The notes: generated from the letters alone by a model not told the origin. A stretch of DNA of 64,000 nt from Flavobacteriales bacterium (GCA_002701365.1 NZUK01000012.1:32633-96632), one strand, 5' to 3'. Shown: positions 10,143-20,960, counted from the stretch's first letter. Numbers and translations: made by a program.

Positions 10143-13100
10143 ATGGTGAAAAATAACATGAACCAAACTCCAAAATTTATACCACAAACAAAAAAAGATT
10201 GGAAGAAAATAAATAGCAATAGTCTATTGAAAAATCAATATGGGAAACACATTTTTGATCCAATATACTTTCCAGATGAAAAAATAGAAACCAATTCATT
10301 TAATCAAAATTCCTATTGGAACATGCATGTGGAAATTGAGATTAAAACAGAAAAACAGGCAAACAAAGAGGCTTTACGGGCTTTACAATTAGGCGCAGAA
10401 TCTATATGTTTCACGAAATACAAAAAGCATAATTTAAACGTCATCTTAGAAAAGATCCAAATTGAAATTGTTAGAATAGAATTTAAAGATTTTGAGAACT
10501 TTGAAGATCTAGCAAAACAATACATAGAAATTGGATTAAGTAAAATTGGAAAAAATGGATTAAAACTATTAAATGGATGTTTCTATATGACAAATATTTC
10601 AGAATCTTCCTATAATTACTTTTCTAAAAAACTTCCTAATTATCATTTTAAAACAATTGATCTAAATGAAACAAATAATTTTGATTTTTTAAAAAAAATT
10701 CAACAAGAAAAAAAAATAAAAAAAAAGAGTACACAGCTACATAAAACTACATACACATTTAATGTGTCAAGTAACTTTTTATTTGAAATTGCAAGAATAA
10801 GATCATTCCAAATTAAATATCAGAGAATAACTGGAATCATACCTTATGTACTCTGCATATGTGAATCACAATCTGAAGAAAAAGACGCCTTAATAAAAAA
10901 CAGTATTAAAGCGATAAGTTCTATAATTGCAGGCTGTAGTGGTTTATTAATTAGATCTGACAAAGATCCTATTTTAAATATGCAACAGCAATTAATTTTA
11001 AAAAAGGAAGGGATGTTAGATCAAGTCTCTGACCCACTACACGGAAGCTATTATATTGAAAAAATAACAAATCAAATAGATGGAGAATTAAAAATTAACA
11101 CTTCGTTAAAAGATGTTGTAAAAAATAACACATGGGCAACAATCGAAGGAATTACGCTAAAAAATAAATACTATAAAAGTGACATTATAAATACTCCCCA
11201 CTTAAAATATGGAGCCGGAACTCCACCATTTACTAGAGGACCTTATGCAAGCATGTATTGTGAAAGAAAGTGGACAATACGTCAATACGCGGGATACTCT
11301 ACAGCTGAAGAATCAAATAAGTTTTACAGAAAAAATCTTCTAGCTGGACAAACTGGCTTATCAATTGCATTTGATCTCCCAACGCACAGAGGTTATGACT
11401 CTAATCATGAACGTGTTTTTGGAGATGTCGGAAAAGCCGGAGTAGCAATTGATACTATTGATGACATGGAAATTTTATTTAATGAAATTGACTTGAAAAA
11501 TCTTTCAGTTTCAATGACAATGAATGGTGCAGTTATTCCAATTTTAGCTTTTTTCATAGCTATCGCTGAAAAAAAAGGTGTTTCAAAAAAACATCTTCAA
11601 GGTACAATACAGAATGATATTTTAAAAGAGTTTATGGTTAGAAACACTTATATTTATCCGCCAAAAAATTCAATGAGAATAATACGAGATATTTTTAAGT
11701 TCACCTCTAAGAATATGCCCAAATTTAATAGTATTAGTGTTAGTGGATACCATATGCTAGAAGCTGGAGCAAGCGCAGACATTGAACTTGCATATACTTT
11801 ATGTGATGGATTGGAATATGTTAGAAATGGAATAAAAGCTGGATTAAAAATTGATGAATTTGCACCTAGACTATCATTTTTTTGGGGTATTGGGATGAAT
11901 TTTTTTATGGAAATTGCTAAAATGAGGGCCGCTAGAATTTTATGGGCAGAAATGATAGCTCCATTTAAACCTAAAAATCCAAAATCACTAATGTTAAGAT
12001 CTCACTGCCAAACATCAGGTTGGAGCCTAACCAAACAAACGCCTGAAAATAATATCACCCGAACAACTCTTGAAGCACTAGCCGCAGTGATCGGTGGCAC
12101 TCAATCACTACATACAAATGCACTAGATGAAGCTATTGCGCTTCCAACAAATGAGTCAGCCAAAATTGCTAGAGACACGCAATTATTTCTTCAAAATGAA
12201 ACGGATATATGTAAGGCAATTGACCCTTTTGGAGGATCATACTATTTAGAATTTTTAACAAATGAATTAAAAGAAAAAGCCAAAAAACACATAGATGAAA
12301 TAGAAAAAATAGGAGGAATGGTAAAAGCAATTGAACTGGGAGTTCCAAAACTACGAATAGAATCATCGGCAATAAAACGTCAATCACAAATTGATAGCGG
12401 AAAAAATTTAATTATTGGAGTAAATTGCTATCAACAAAATGAAAAAAATCAAATCAAAATTCTAGAAATTGATAACAAAAAAGTTCAAAAAAATCAAATC
12501 AAAAGATTAAACAAGATTAAACAAGATAGAAATAATTCAAAAATTCAAAAAATTCTTAAACAAATATCAGAAGCATGCAATGATGAATCAAAAAATCTTT
12601 TAGCATTAGCAATTGAAGCAGCAAAAGCTAAAGCAACTATTGGAGAAATATCAACTGCAATGGAAAAAAAATTCTCACGGTATACAGCAAAAACAACTAT
12701 TAATTCAGGAATATATGCAATGGAAAATATGAATAATGAGAAATTTATACAAGCTCAAAGTTTAACAGAAATTTTTGATAAAAAACACGGTCGACGTCCT
12801 AGAATACTTGCTGCTAAAATAGGTCAAGATGGTCACGATAGAGGTATAAAAATAATAGCAACAAGTTTCTCTGACATAGGTTTTGATGTAGATATCGCCC
12901 CTCTCTTTCAAACTCCTAAAGAAATAGCTAAACAAGCAATTGAAAATGACACTCACATTATTGGAATATCATCTCTTGCAGGAGGACATAAAACACTTAT
13001 TCCTGCATTAATTAAAGAACTTAAAAAATATAAAAGACAAGATATTATGATTATTGCGGGGGGGGTAATTCCCGAAAAAGATTATGAGCACCTCTTAAAA

Positions 13101-13184
13101 GAGGGGGTTAAACAAATATTTGGTCCAGGAACCATTGTAATTGATGCAGCTATTCAAATTTTAAATGAATTACTTGAAACATGA
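10143..13184 (+). CDS. scpA: Methylmalonyl-CoA mutase with a degenerate small subunit fused N-terminally to the large subunit
   Basis: The C-terminal ~680 aa carry RGPYASMY, WTIRQYAG, AFDLPTHRGYD, QNDILKE, HCQTSGWSL, GGTQSLHTN and the B12 motif GQDGHDRG. The N-terminal ~330 aa has small-subunit remnants. Start uncertain (10110, 10143 or 10158). Confidence 0.92.
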   Translation: MVKNNMNQTPKFIPQTKKDWKKINSNSLLKNQYGKHIFDPIYFPDEKIETNSFNQNSYWNMHVEIEIKTEKQANKEALRALQLGAESICFTKYKKHNLNVILEKIQIEIVRIEFKDFENFEDLAKQYIEIGLSKIGKNGLKLLNGCFYMTNISESSYNYFSKKLPNYHFKTIDLNETNNFDFLKKIQQEKKIKKKSTQLHKTTYTFNVSSNFLFEIARIRSFQIKYQRITGIIPYVLCICESQSEEKDALIKNSIKAISSIIAGCSGLLIRSDKDPILNMQQQLILKKEGMLDQVSDPLHGSYYIEKITNQIDGELKINTSLKDVVKNNTWATIEGITLKNKYYKSDIINTPHLKYGAGTPPFTRGPYASMYCERKWTIRQYAGYSTAEESNKFYRKNLLAGQTGLSIAFDLPTHRGYDSNHERVFGDVGKAGVAIDTIDDMEILFNEIDLKNLSVSMTMNGAVIPILAFFIAIAEKKGVSKKHLQGTIQNDILKEFMVRNTYIYPPKNSMRIIRDIFKFTSKNMPKFNSISVSGYHMLEAGASADIELAYTLCDGLEYVRNGIKAGLKIDEFAPRLSFFWGIGMNFFMEIAKMRAARILWAEMIAPFKPKNPKSLMLRSHCQTSGWSLTKQTPENNITRTTLEALAAVIGGTQSLHTNALDEAIALPTNESAKIARDTQLFLQNETDICKAIDPFGGSYYLEFLTNELKEKAKKHIDEIEKIGGMVKAIELGVPKLRIESSAIKRQSQIDSGKNLIIGVNCYQQNEKNQIKILEIDNKKVQKNQIKRLNKIKQDRNNSKIQKILKQISEACNDESKNLLALAIEAAKAKATIGEISTAMEKKFSRYTAKTTINSGIYAMENMNNEKFIQAQSLTEIFDKKHGRRPRILAAKIGQDGHDRGIKIIATSFSDIGFDVDIAPLFQTPKEIAKQAIENDTHIIGISSLAGGHKTLIPALIKELKKYKRQDIMIIAGGVIPEKDYEHLLKEGVKQIFGPGTIVIDAAIQILNELLET

Positions 13185-14128
13185 AATCAGAAGAATACTT
13201 AACTGGTATAAGACAAAATAAATATGAAATTCTAGCTAAAGCTATTACATTAATTGAAAGTTCCTTGGAAAAGGATAAAGAAAAAGCAATCCAATTGATT
13301 GACAAGTGCATTCCTTTTTCTGGAAAATCTATAAGAATAGGCATAAGCGGAACTCCAGGTGTGGGTAAAAGTACATTTATTGAAAAGCTAGGTTTTTATT
13401 TGAAAAAAAAATATAAAATAGCGATACTAGCAATTGATCCGAGTAGTAATATTTCAAAAGGAAGTATTTTAGGAGATAAAACTAGGATGAACCAATTAAC
13501 AAATGCAAAAAATATATTTATTCGACCCTCACCAAGTAGAGGACAACTAGGCGGAGTTTGCAACCACACAAGAGATAGTATTATTCTTTGTGAAGCTGCA
13601 GGTTTCAATATTATACTAATTGAAACTGTTGGTGTAGGTCAATCAGAAGTAATGGTTGAACAAATGACAGATTATTTTATATATATGACACTGTGTCAAA
13701 ATGGAGATGAATTGCAATTTATAAAAAAAGGTATTTTAGAGTTAAGTGATTTAATACTAATAAATAAATCAGACCAAAACAAACAGAAAGCTGAAGAAGT
13801 AAAATTTCTATTAAACAATACAATCCAAAACTTTCAGAATCATAAAAAACAAACTGTTATGACAAATTCTGTATTTAATCATATAGACACAAAAGGTGTA
13901 TGGAATTGTATTAATGATTTTGTACAAGAAAATACTCGAAATGGTCACATCACACTCAATAGACAAAAGCAAAATACATTTTGGATCAAAGAAAATATCC
14001 AAACTGAATTTAATAATCTATTATTTAAAAACAAATATGTTCAAAAACAAATGTTAGACATTAAAAATACCAACACAAAAAAGGTGACAAAAAGAATTAT
14101 AAACAAACTAATTAAAGAAGGTTTTTAA
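13181..14128 (+). CDS. meaB: Methylmalonyl-CoA mutase-associated GTPase MeaB
   Basis: GTPGVGKST, AIDPSS, GSILGDKTRM, ETVGVGQSE, NKSD; adjacent to the mutase. Confidence 0.95.
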   Translation: MKSEEYLTGIRQNKYEILAKAITLIESSLEKDKEKAIQLIDKCIPFSGKSIRIGISGTPGVGKSTFIEKLGFYLKKKYKIAILAIDPSSNISKGSILGDKTRMNQLTNAKNIFIRPSPSRGQLGGVCNHTRDSIILCEAAGFNIILIETVGVGQSEVMVEQMTDYFIYMTLCQNGDELQFIKKGILELSDLILINKSDQNKQKAEEVKFLLNNTIQNFQNHKKQTVMTNSVFNHIDTKGVWNCINDFVQENTRNGHITLNRQKQNTFWIKENIQTEFNNLLFKNKYVQKQMLDIKNTNTKKVTKRIINKLIKEGF

Positions 14129-15083
14129 TTATATCATTTACTTGAACACCTTCTGCTTCTGCCTTATAATTTTTAACTAACCGGTGAGCAAGAACCCAAC
14201 TTGAAACACGTTGCACATCTTCAATATCTGGAGAAAACTTTCCTGACAATATCGCATTAATTTTAGCTCCTAAAATTAAATACTGAGAAGCTCTTGGGCC
14301 AGCACCAAAATTAATGTACTTATTAATGTATTCCGAAGAATTTGATCTATTTGGTCGTGTCTTTTGAACTAATTCAACAGCATATTTAATAACATTATCA
14401 TTAGCAGGTATTTTTAATATTAAATTTTGATAACTCACTAAATCATTTTCAGAAAAAACTTGCTCCACATCACCCATCTTAGATAAAGTAGTTTTTTTTA
14501 CTATACTGATTTCTTCTTCTAAAGTTGGATAATCTAAGAAGACACTGTACATAAATCTATCTAATTGAGCTTCAGGCAAAGGATATGTTCCTTCTTGCTC
14601 AATTGGATTTTGTGTAGCTAAAACACAAAAAGGTGGTGTTAAATTATAGGTTTTTCCTGAAACAGTAACTGACTTTTCCTCCATTGCTTCTAATAACGCC
14701 GACTGAGTTTTTGGAGGAGTTCTATTAATTTCATCTGCCAATAGAATATTACAGAAAATTGGACCTTTTATAAATTTAAATTCTCTGTTTTCATTTAAAA
14801 TATCATTTCCAATAATATCTGATGGCATTAAATCAGGAGTAAATTGGACTCTATTAAAACGGAGACCTAAAATTTTAGAAATAGTATTAACTAATAAAGT
14901 TTTAGCTAATCCTGGAACACCTATTAATAGAGAGTGGCCACCAACAAACATGGTACTTAAAATTTGCATAATCGCTTGATCCTGACCAACAATAATTCTT
15001 GATAACTGCGATGTTGTCTCTTGATATTTTGATACTAAATCTTGAACTAAAACTATATCATCTTTGCCTATTTCCTTATTCAT
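14112..15083 (-). CDS. MoxR family AAA+ ATPase
   Basis: GVPGLAKT, QFTPDLMPSD, LADEINRTPPKTQSALL, ATQNPIEQEGTYPLPEAQLDRF. Confidence 0.93.
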   Translation of the reverse strand: MNKEIGKDDIVLVQDLVSKYQETTSQLSRIIVGQDQAIMQILSTMFVGGHSLLIGVPGLAKTLLVNTISKILGLRFNRVQFTPDLMPSDIIGNDILNENREFKFIKGPIFCNILLADEINRTPPKTQSALLEAMEEKSVTVSGKTYNLTPPFCVLATQNPIEQEGTYPLPEAQLDRFMYSVFLDYPTLEEEISIVKKTTLSKMGDVEQVFSENDLVSYQNLILKIPANDNVIKYAVELVQKTRPNRSNSSEYINKYINFGAGPRASQYLILGAKINAILSGKFSPDIEDVQRVSSWVLAHRLVKNYKAEAEGVQVNDIIKNLL

Positions 15084-16488
15084 TGTTTAATAAATTATTA
15101 TAAAAACTATAGCTCAATAAATTATCTGTTGAATATATGTATACGTCTTTAATCTTTTGACGATACCAATTATTGATTTCTTCTTGCTGTTTTATGTTAT
15201 TAAAATAGTTATTTAAAAAAGCATAATCATCATTTAAATTAGCAACATGTTCTGGATACTTTGCAACCAATTTAACAATACGATAAGCTTCCTTACCGTT
15301 TGGTAATTTAATATAAACTGGATCTGTCATTTGACCAATTTCTAATAAATTAATCTCGTTTAATAAAACAGGATCTATTTCTGATGATGAAAAGAATGAA
15401 TTATTTGTATTTGGATTAATTATTAATCCACCATTATATCGAGTTTCAGAATCAGAAGAAAATTCTTGTGCAGCGTCAAAAAACGTCATTTTTTGACCAA
15501 TAATATCTGATTTTAATGATTTAAGAAAACTCTGTGCTTGAAGCATATCTTTATTAGAGATTTTTGGAGTCATTAATATATGTCGCAAATCCACTTCATT
15601 GCCTCGACGCTCAATTAATTCAATAATATGATATCCAAATTCTGTTTCAAAAATTTCCGAAACATCTCCAGGACTTAAACTAAACGCAACTGCTTCAAAT
15701 TGTTTTGCCAACCCCATTCCTTTTCTAATTTCATATAGCGCTCCACCATTTCGATTAGTTCCGGGATCTTCAGAATATAATATTGCCATAGTTGCAAAAT
15801 CTGCACCATTTAAAATTCTATTTCTAAGGTCTTCTAATTTTGACAATGTTTCTTCAACTGATAACACAGCTGCATCAGGAATTTTTGTTATTTGAGCAAT
15901 TTGAAATTGTTCACTAACAACAGGAATATCATCAACATTTAACTTAGAATAAAATTTTGACACTTCTAATGGAGATACAGTAGTATTTTTTGTTATCTGA
16001 TACCGCATTTTTTGAGTAATTTTTTGATCTCTAATTAATGGTCTGAATTCATCACTCAAAGCTGTGATTGATGGTTGCTGAAAATATTCTAAGATTTTTT
16101 CTTTTGAACCTAATTGTTGCTCAAAGTACAGCATCCTCTGATTAAGTTCATTATCAATTTCATTATTATCAATTTCAATACTATCAATAGCAGCAAAATG
16201 TAATAAGATTTTTTGTAAGAGCAACTCTTCTACCGCCTGTTCTCGAATTTCGAAATCTGAATATTGAACCCCCTGCATTTGATATTGTGACTGATATTGT
16301 TCTATTAGACTGTTGATATCACTGTGAAAAATTACATTATCACCTATAATAGCAAAAACACCATCCACTAATATTGGTTCTGAAAAAGAGCTATTAATAG
16401 TATCTAATTCAGAAATTTCACTATTTTGAGCAAAACTAGAACTAAACGCTAAATATAATATTAAAAACGTGAATTTTAATTTATTCAT
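15076..16488 (-). CDS. surA: SurA-like periplasmic chaperone / parvulin PPIase
   Basis: Signal peptide, SurA N-domain, FATMAILYSEDPG, ETEFGYHII and a second parvulin-like domain. ATG at 16488 preferred over TTG at 16497. Confidence 0.8.
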   Translation of the reverse strand: MNKLKFTFLILYLAFSSSFAQNSEISELDTINSSFSEPILVDGVFAIIGDNVIFHSDINSLIEQYQSQYQMQGVQYSDFEIREQAVEELLLQKILLHFAAIDSIEIDNNEIDNELNQRMLYFEQQLGSKEKILEYFQQPSITALSDEFRPLIRDQKITQKMRYQITKNTTVSPLEVSKFYSKLNVDDIPVVSEQFQIAQITKIPDAAVLSVEETLSKLEDLRNRILNGADFATMAILYSEDPGTNRNGGALYEIRKGMGLAKQFEAVAFSLSPGDVSEIFETEFGYHIIELIERRGNEVDLRHILMTPKISNKDMLQAQSFLKSLKSDIIGQKMTFFDAAQEFSSDSETRYNGGLIINPNTNNSFFSSSEIDPVLLNEINLLEIGQMTDPVYIKLPNGKEAYRIVKLVAKYPEHVANLNDDYAFLNNYFNNIKQQEEINNWYRQKIKDVYIYSTDNLLSYSFYNNLLNNE

Positions 16489-17323
16489 AAATTTCAAAAT
16501 TATTATTAATGATAGCCTCTTGAATCAGCTTATCTTCAACACTATATAAAACATCTTTTTTTCTTTTATTTATTAGTATTTTTCTAATTATCGAAGATAC
16601 ATATTCTAATGGTGAAGGCGTACCTTTTAATCTAAAATCTTTAATAAAGATAAAATATTTGTAGTTATTATCTTCGAATTCAAACTTTTGATTCTTTTTA
16701 ATAATCTTATGTTCAATGGTTTTAATTTTATTATTTTCAAATGGTATTTGTTTTATAAAATCTGACCAACTAACCCAAGAACTATCTTCTAAGAAAAATC
16801 TCTCTGCAAATTGCACACAATAATTTTTCAATTCTTCGATACTCTCTGAATCAACAGAGTGGTACTTTGATTTCACATAATCTAAATTTGGAGCGACATT
16901 CCTTATTTTGATATAATTCAATTTGATAATATTTTCCTTGAGTTTAAAATTATCAATATTGCTAAGGTGATAATTAGCAATTAGGGAGTCATGAATAACT
17001 GTATCTAAATATGTTTGAATAAGTGCTTGTTTGTAATAATGAATTAATAATGATTCTCTATATACATTAACAAGACTATCTATATAAAAGGGGTCTTTCT
17101 TAAAGTTAAATTCAGCCTTATAAATTAATAACTTTTGCATAGCCCATTCATTGATAAAGTTATTAACATATAACAGGCTGTCTTCCGCAAAGCTACTTTC
17201 AAAATTTGGAATTTGATCTAAATAAAGATGATGATCCAAAACGCGTGCTAAAGGCTTGGTATCATTTCTATCTTGAGTGCAAGCTAACAATAACAATAAT
17301 AATAAACCAATTATGTTTTTCAT
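16481..17323 (-). CDS. Conserved PPIase-like lipoprotein of the guaB-surA operon
   Basis: Lipobox LLAC, LARV...LY, FINEWA, YRESLLI..Y, SPLEYV..I..ILIN.RK. Confidence 0.7.
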   Translation of the reverse strand: MKNIIGLLLLLLLACTQDRNDTKPLARVLDHHLYLDQIPNFESSFAEDSLLYVNNFINEWAMQKLLIYKAEFNFKKDPFYIDSLVNVYRESLLIHYYKQALIQTYLDTVIHDSLIANYHLSNIDNFKLKENIIKLNYIKIRNVAPNLDYVKSKYHSVDSESIEELKNYCVQFAERFFLEDSSWVSWSDFIKQIPFENNKIKTIEHKIIKKNQKFEFEDNNYKYFIFIKDFRLKGTPSPLEYVSSIIRKILINKRKKDVLYSVEDKLIQEAIINNNFEIYE

Positions 17324-17331
17324 GTACTATA

Positions 17332-19452
17332 CTAAGGCTTGACAGATGTATTATATATTTGATTACTCCAACCAAAATACACGTCTTTAGAATAGCCTAA
17401 ATTCTTAGCCGCTTGAGAGAAACAAGAAGAAAAAGTTTTACAATTTAATGTGTTAAAATCATTGTCTTTAGTTGTATAATCAATTTTTTTATTTTTTGCT
17501 TCATGTAACAAATCTTGATTAATACTAACACTATATTTATTACGTAATTCTTTTAGCCAAATATCTTCTAAGAAACTTTGATAGTCAGAAATAACTAAAC
17601 CCTTAATTTCGCCAATAGGCTTAATAGAGGATTTTAAAATCTCATCTACTACAATGATTTGATTTGTGTCGGCACACTTAATGATTTGTCCGCCTTCTAA
17701 TTGATCCCATTGTAATGAAAAAACAAATTGATCCAAAGTAGAATTATCTCCAAACTCATAAAGACCTGTTTCAATAGATAGGTTTAAGTTAGAGTTTCTA
17801 TTCATTTTCTCTAAAATATCTTTATCAGAAATATCCCAACTTAAATTATTATAGACTCTATTTTTAGTTCGCACATCTTTGCATGAATATATACTAGCAG
17901 CGATTCTATCTGACCATGTGTATTGATTCTGATTTTTTTCATAAAAATTTTGAAGACCTAACGTATCTTGAATAGCCTTATTCCAAATTTTTTGTTCTGA
18001 CAAATTAAATAATAATATGCCATCATGATATTCATCAATTAACAATCTGAAATCATTATATTTATTCTCTAGATTTACAGATTCAACATCTAGTATTTTT
18101 TGTTCTTGAAATGTTTTATAAAATTGAGTAACTAGTAACTCAATCTCTAAATTTTTTGGCAAACGAGAACGATAAGTAGTTAAATACTCTGCAAAATCTT
18201 TTTGATAAACATATCGTGTAGATAAATCATAATTATTATTGAACATAAACATTATCACACCTTGACCTTTAATTTTTTCTACTATACTTTTCCCGTCAAA
18301 AAAATCTTGATTAATTAGTTCATGAAAAATAACATTTGAATTAGCATTCTCAGTAAATCCCCATTCTTTTTTCAACCTATTAATAACAACATCTCGTGTT
18401 TTTTGAGACCTAGAGTCCCTTTCTAGTTTCTTCTTAATTGATTCTTTCATTGTATCAAATTGTGATATTTTTTTCTTATCAATTAATTTAATAATATGCC
18501 ATCCAAACGGAGTTTCACATGGTAAAGAAAAATCTCCAACTGATTCTAATGAAAAAGCCACATCTTCAAAACTTTCAACCATTTTATTTATGCCAAACCA
18601 TTCTAATTCTCCTCCTTTTGAACCACTCTTCTTGTCATCAGAAAACTGTTGAGCTAAATCTGCGAAATTATCACCATTTCTAAACACTAATGAATCATGA
18701 ATTTCATCAATTTTCGCCTTAGCTTTCAAAACAGACAAGCTATCTTTAATATTACTTTTGATCATAATATGAGCTACTTTAACCTCACCTCTTGAAGGAC
18801 GTTTATCATGAATTTTGAGTATATGATACCCAAATCTAGTTCTTACCGGTTCAGAGACAGATTCAATAGGTGTCGTATAAGCAGCTGTTTCAAAAGGATA
18901 AACCATATAAAAAGCAGAAAAGTAACCTAGATAACCATTATTTTCACTAACTGAAGGGTCTTCGGAATATTTAAGAGCTAAATCTGCAAAATCAGCGCCA
19001 TTAACAATACGTTCACGAATATCTAAAATTTTATTATACGCCAATAATGTATCAGAACCCTCTGCTTGAATTAAAATATGACTTGCAGAAACTTCTGATT
19101 TTAACCGATCATATGCTTCAATTAATAATTGGTCAGAGACTTCAGTATCAGTTAGGTAAGGTTTTACAAGTTGTCTTCTGTAACCATTTAATTCTCTAAC
19201 AAATGACTGTAAGGTATCCAAGCCTAAAGATTCTGCTTCTTTAACTTTTAATTTAAAATTTATATATAACCGTAAATACTCATCAATGGATTCAGAGAAT
19301 TCCAACGTGTCATTATCTAATCTGTTTTTATCATATGTTCGCATAAAATCTTCTACGGTTATAGTTTCATCACCAACAAACAATAAGTTTCTATCTTGAG
19401 CGTGCACATTAAAAAGAGCAAATAATAATATACATGTATAAATATTTTTCAT
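17332..19452 (-). CDS. Peptidyl-prolyl isomerase with two parvulin domains and an extra C-terminal extension
   Basis: ASHILI..FADLALKYSEDPS..NGYLG, MVYPFE, TRFGYHI; VAHIMI..SDD..GGEL, TPFGWHII; EYHDGILLF. Confidence 0.9.
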   Translation of the reverse strand: MKNIYTCILLFALFNVHAQDRNLLFVGDETITVEDFMRTYDKNRLDNDTLEFSESIDEYLRLYINFKLKVKEAESLGLDTLQSFVRELNGYRRQLVKPYLTDTEVSDQLLIEAYDRLKSEVSASHILIQAEGSDTLLAYNKILDIRERIVNGADFADLALKYSEDPSVSENNGYLGYFSAFYMVYPFETAAYTTPIESVSEPVRTRFGYHILKIHDKRPSRGEVKVAHIMIKSNIKDSLSVLKAKAKIDEIHDSLVFRNGDNFADLAQQFSDDKKSGSKGGELEWFGINKMVESFEDVAFSLESVGDFSLPCETPFGWHIIKLIDKKKISQFDTMKESIKKKLERDSRSQKTRDVVINRLKKEWGFTENANSNVIFHELINQDFFDGKSIVEKIKGQGVIMFMFNNNYDLSTRYVYQKDFAEYLTTYRSRLPKNLEIELLVTQFYKTFQEQKILDVESVNLENKYNDFRLLIDEYHDGILLFNLSEQKIWNKAIQDTLGLQNFYEKNQNQYTWSDRIAASIYSCKDVRTKNRVYNNLSWDISDKDILEKMNRNSNLNLSIETGLYEFGDNSTLDQFVFSLQWDQLEGGQIIKCADTNQIIVVDEILKSSIKPIGEIKGLVISDYQSFLEDIWLKELRNKYSVSINQDLLHEAKNKKIDYTTKDNDFNTLNCKTFSSCFSQAAKNLGYSKDVYFGWSNQIYNTSVKP

Positions 19453-19479
19453 AATAATAATAATAATAATAATAATAAT
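19453..19479. repeat. Trinucleotide simple sequence repeat, (ATT)9 on the minus strand, filling the whole intergenic space
   Basis: Read directly: nine perfect units between the guaB stop and the next ATG. Confidence 0.95.
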
Positions 19480-20937
19480 TTATCTACTATAATTCGGAGC
19501 CTCCTTTGTAATCGTTACATTATGAGGATGACTTTCACTCATACCTGAATGAGTAATTTTTGTAAATTTAGCGTTCCTTAGTTTAATTAAATTTTTAGCA
19601 CCACAATAGCCCATTCCGGATTTTAAACCACCTATATGTTGGAACAAAACTTCCGATAATTTTCCCTTATACGGAACTCTACCAACTATACCTTCAGGAA
19701 TGAGTTTATTTTTTTTATTATTTTTTTGAAAATATCTATCTGCCGAACCACTCTGCATAGCATCAAGAGAGCCCATCCCCCTGTATGTCTTAAATTTTCT
19801 ACCCTGATAGATAATAGTTTCACCTGGTGATTCCTCTAATCCGGCCAAAAGAGACCCCAACATAACAGATGAAGCTCCCGCAGCTAAAGCTTTCACAATA
19901 TCTCCTGAAAAACGGATCCCACCATCAGCAATAACAGGTGTCTCTGATTTATGTGCAATTTTACAAACTTCATAAATTGCACTTAGCTGAGGAACACCTA
20001 CACCTGCAATAATACGTGTAGTACAAATTGAACCTGGACCAATACCCACTTTTATTGCATCAGCGCCATTTTTAATTAATAATTTTGCAGCTGATGGTGT
20101 TGCAATATTCCCAACAACACAATCTGTTTTAGGAAACTTAGATTTAATTGCTCTAAGTGTTTCAACAACTAATTTACTATGTGCATGAGCCGTATCTATA
20201 ACTAATGCATCAACTCCCTCTGAAACTAATTTTTCAGAACGATTAATTGCATTATCACCAACACCAACTGCAGCTGCCACCCTTAATCTTCCTAAAGCAT
20301 CTTTACAAGCCTTTGGTTGTTCTTTGACTTTTATGATATCTCGATAAGTTATCAATCCTAAAAGATTGTTTTCAGAGTCAACAACAGGTAATTTTTCAAT
20401 ACGATTTTTTTGCAATATATCCTCAGCATCCTTTAAGGAAGTAGACTTGCCTGTTGTAATTATATTAGCTGAAGTCATTAGTTTACTAACTGAAAGATTT
20501 AAGTTCTTAGCAAACCTCAAATCTCTACTAGTTATAATTCCTACTAATTTTCTGCCATTTAAAATCGGAATACCACCGATATTATTGTCATGCATTATTT
20601 TTTTAGCTTCAGAAGCATTTGCAGTATCAGGCAAAGTGATAGGATTCATAATAATTCCACTTTCGGAACGCTTAACTGCATTTACTTGTTTCGCTTGATC
20701 TTCAACACTCATGTTTTTGTGAATTACTGAGAGACCTCCTTCCCTGGCTAAGCTAATGGCCATTTGTGATTCTGATATAGTGTCCATGGCAGCTGAAACA
20801 ATAGGAATACTTAAAGGAATATTTTTTGAAAACAAAGTAACTATAGATGCATCAGATGGTAAAAATTTTGAATAAGCAGGTACTAATAAAACATCATCAA
20901 ACGTAAATCCATCTGTAAAAACATTGTCAAAATTCAT
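19480..20937 (-). CDS. guaB: IMP dehydrogenase
   Basis: [18 protein letters not shown] pair, catalytic [33 protein letters not shown]. Confidence 0.98.
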   Translation of the reverse strand: MNFDNVFTDGFTFDDVLLVPAYSKFLPSDASIVTLFSKNIPLSIPIVSAAMDTISESQMAISLAREGGLSVIHKNMSVEDQAKQVNAVKRSESGIIMNPITLPDTANASEAKKIMHDNNIGGIPILNGRKLVGIITSRDLRFAKNLNLSVSKLMTSANIITTGKSTSLKDAEDILQKNRIEKLPVVDSENNLLGLITYRDIIKVKEQPKACKDALGRLRVAAAVGVGDNAINRSEKLVSEGVDALVIDTAHAHSKLVVETLRAIKSKFPKTDCVVGNIATPSAAKLLIKNGADAIKVGIGPGSICTTRIIAGVGVPQLSAIYEVCKIAHKSETPVIADGGIRFSGDIVKALAAGASSVMLGSLLAGLEESPGETIIYQGRKFKTYRGMGSLDAMQSGSADRYFQKNNKKNKLIPEGIVGRVPYKGKLSEVLFQHIGGLKSGMGYCGAKNLIKLRNAKFTKITHSGMSESHPHNVTITKEAPNYSR

Positions 20938-20960
20938 AAATACTCTTTAAAAAATGATTG

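Noticed and set aside
10700-10730. Two A9 tracts in the mutase N-terminal region as a phase-variation or frameshift site
   Set aside because: The frame is intact, and long A runs are common throughout this AT-rich sequence.
14112-15083. MoxR ATPase as part of a novel MoxR-VWA system
   Set aside because: No VWA or DUF58 partner is nearby, and it sits in the ordinary guaB-PPIase-surA operon of Bacteroidota.
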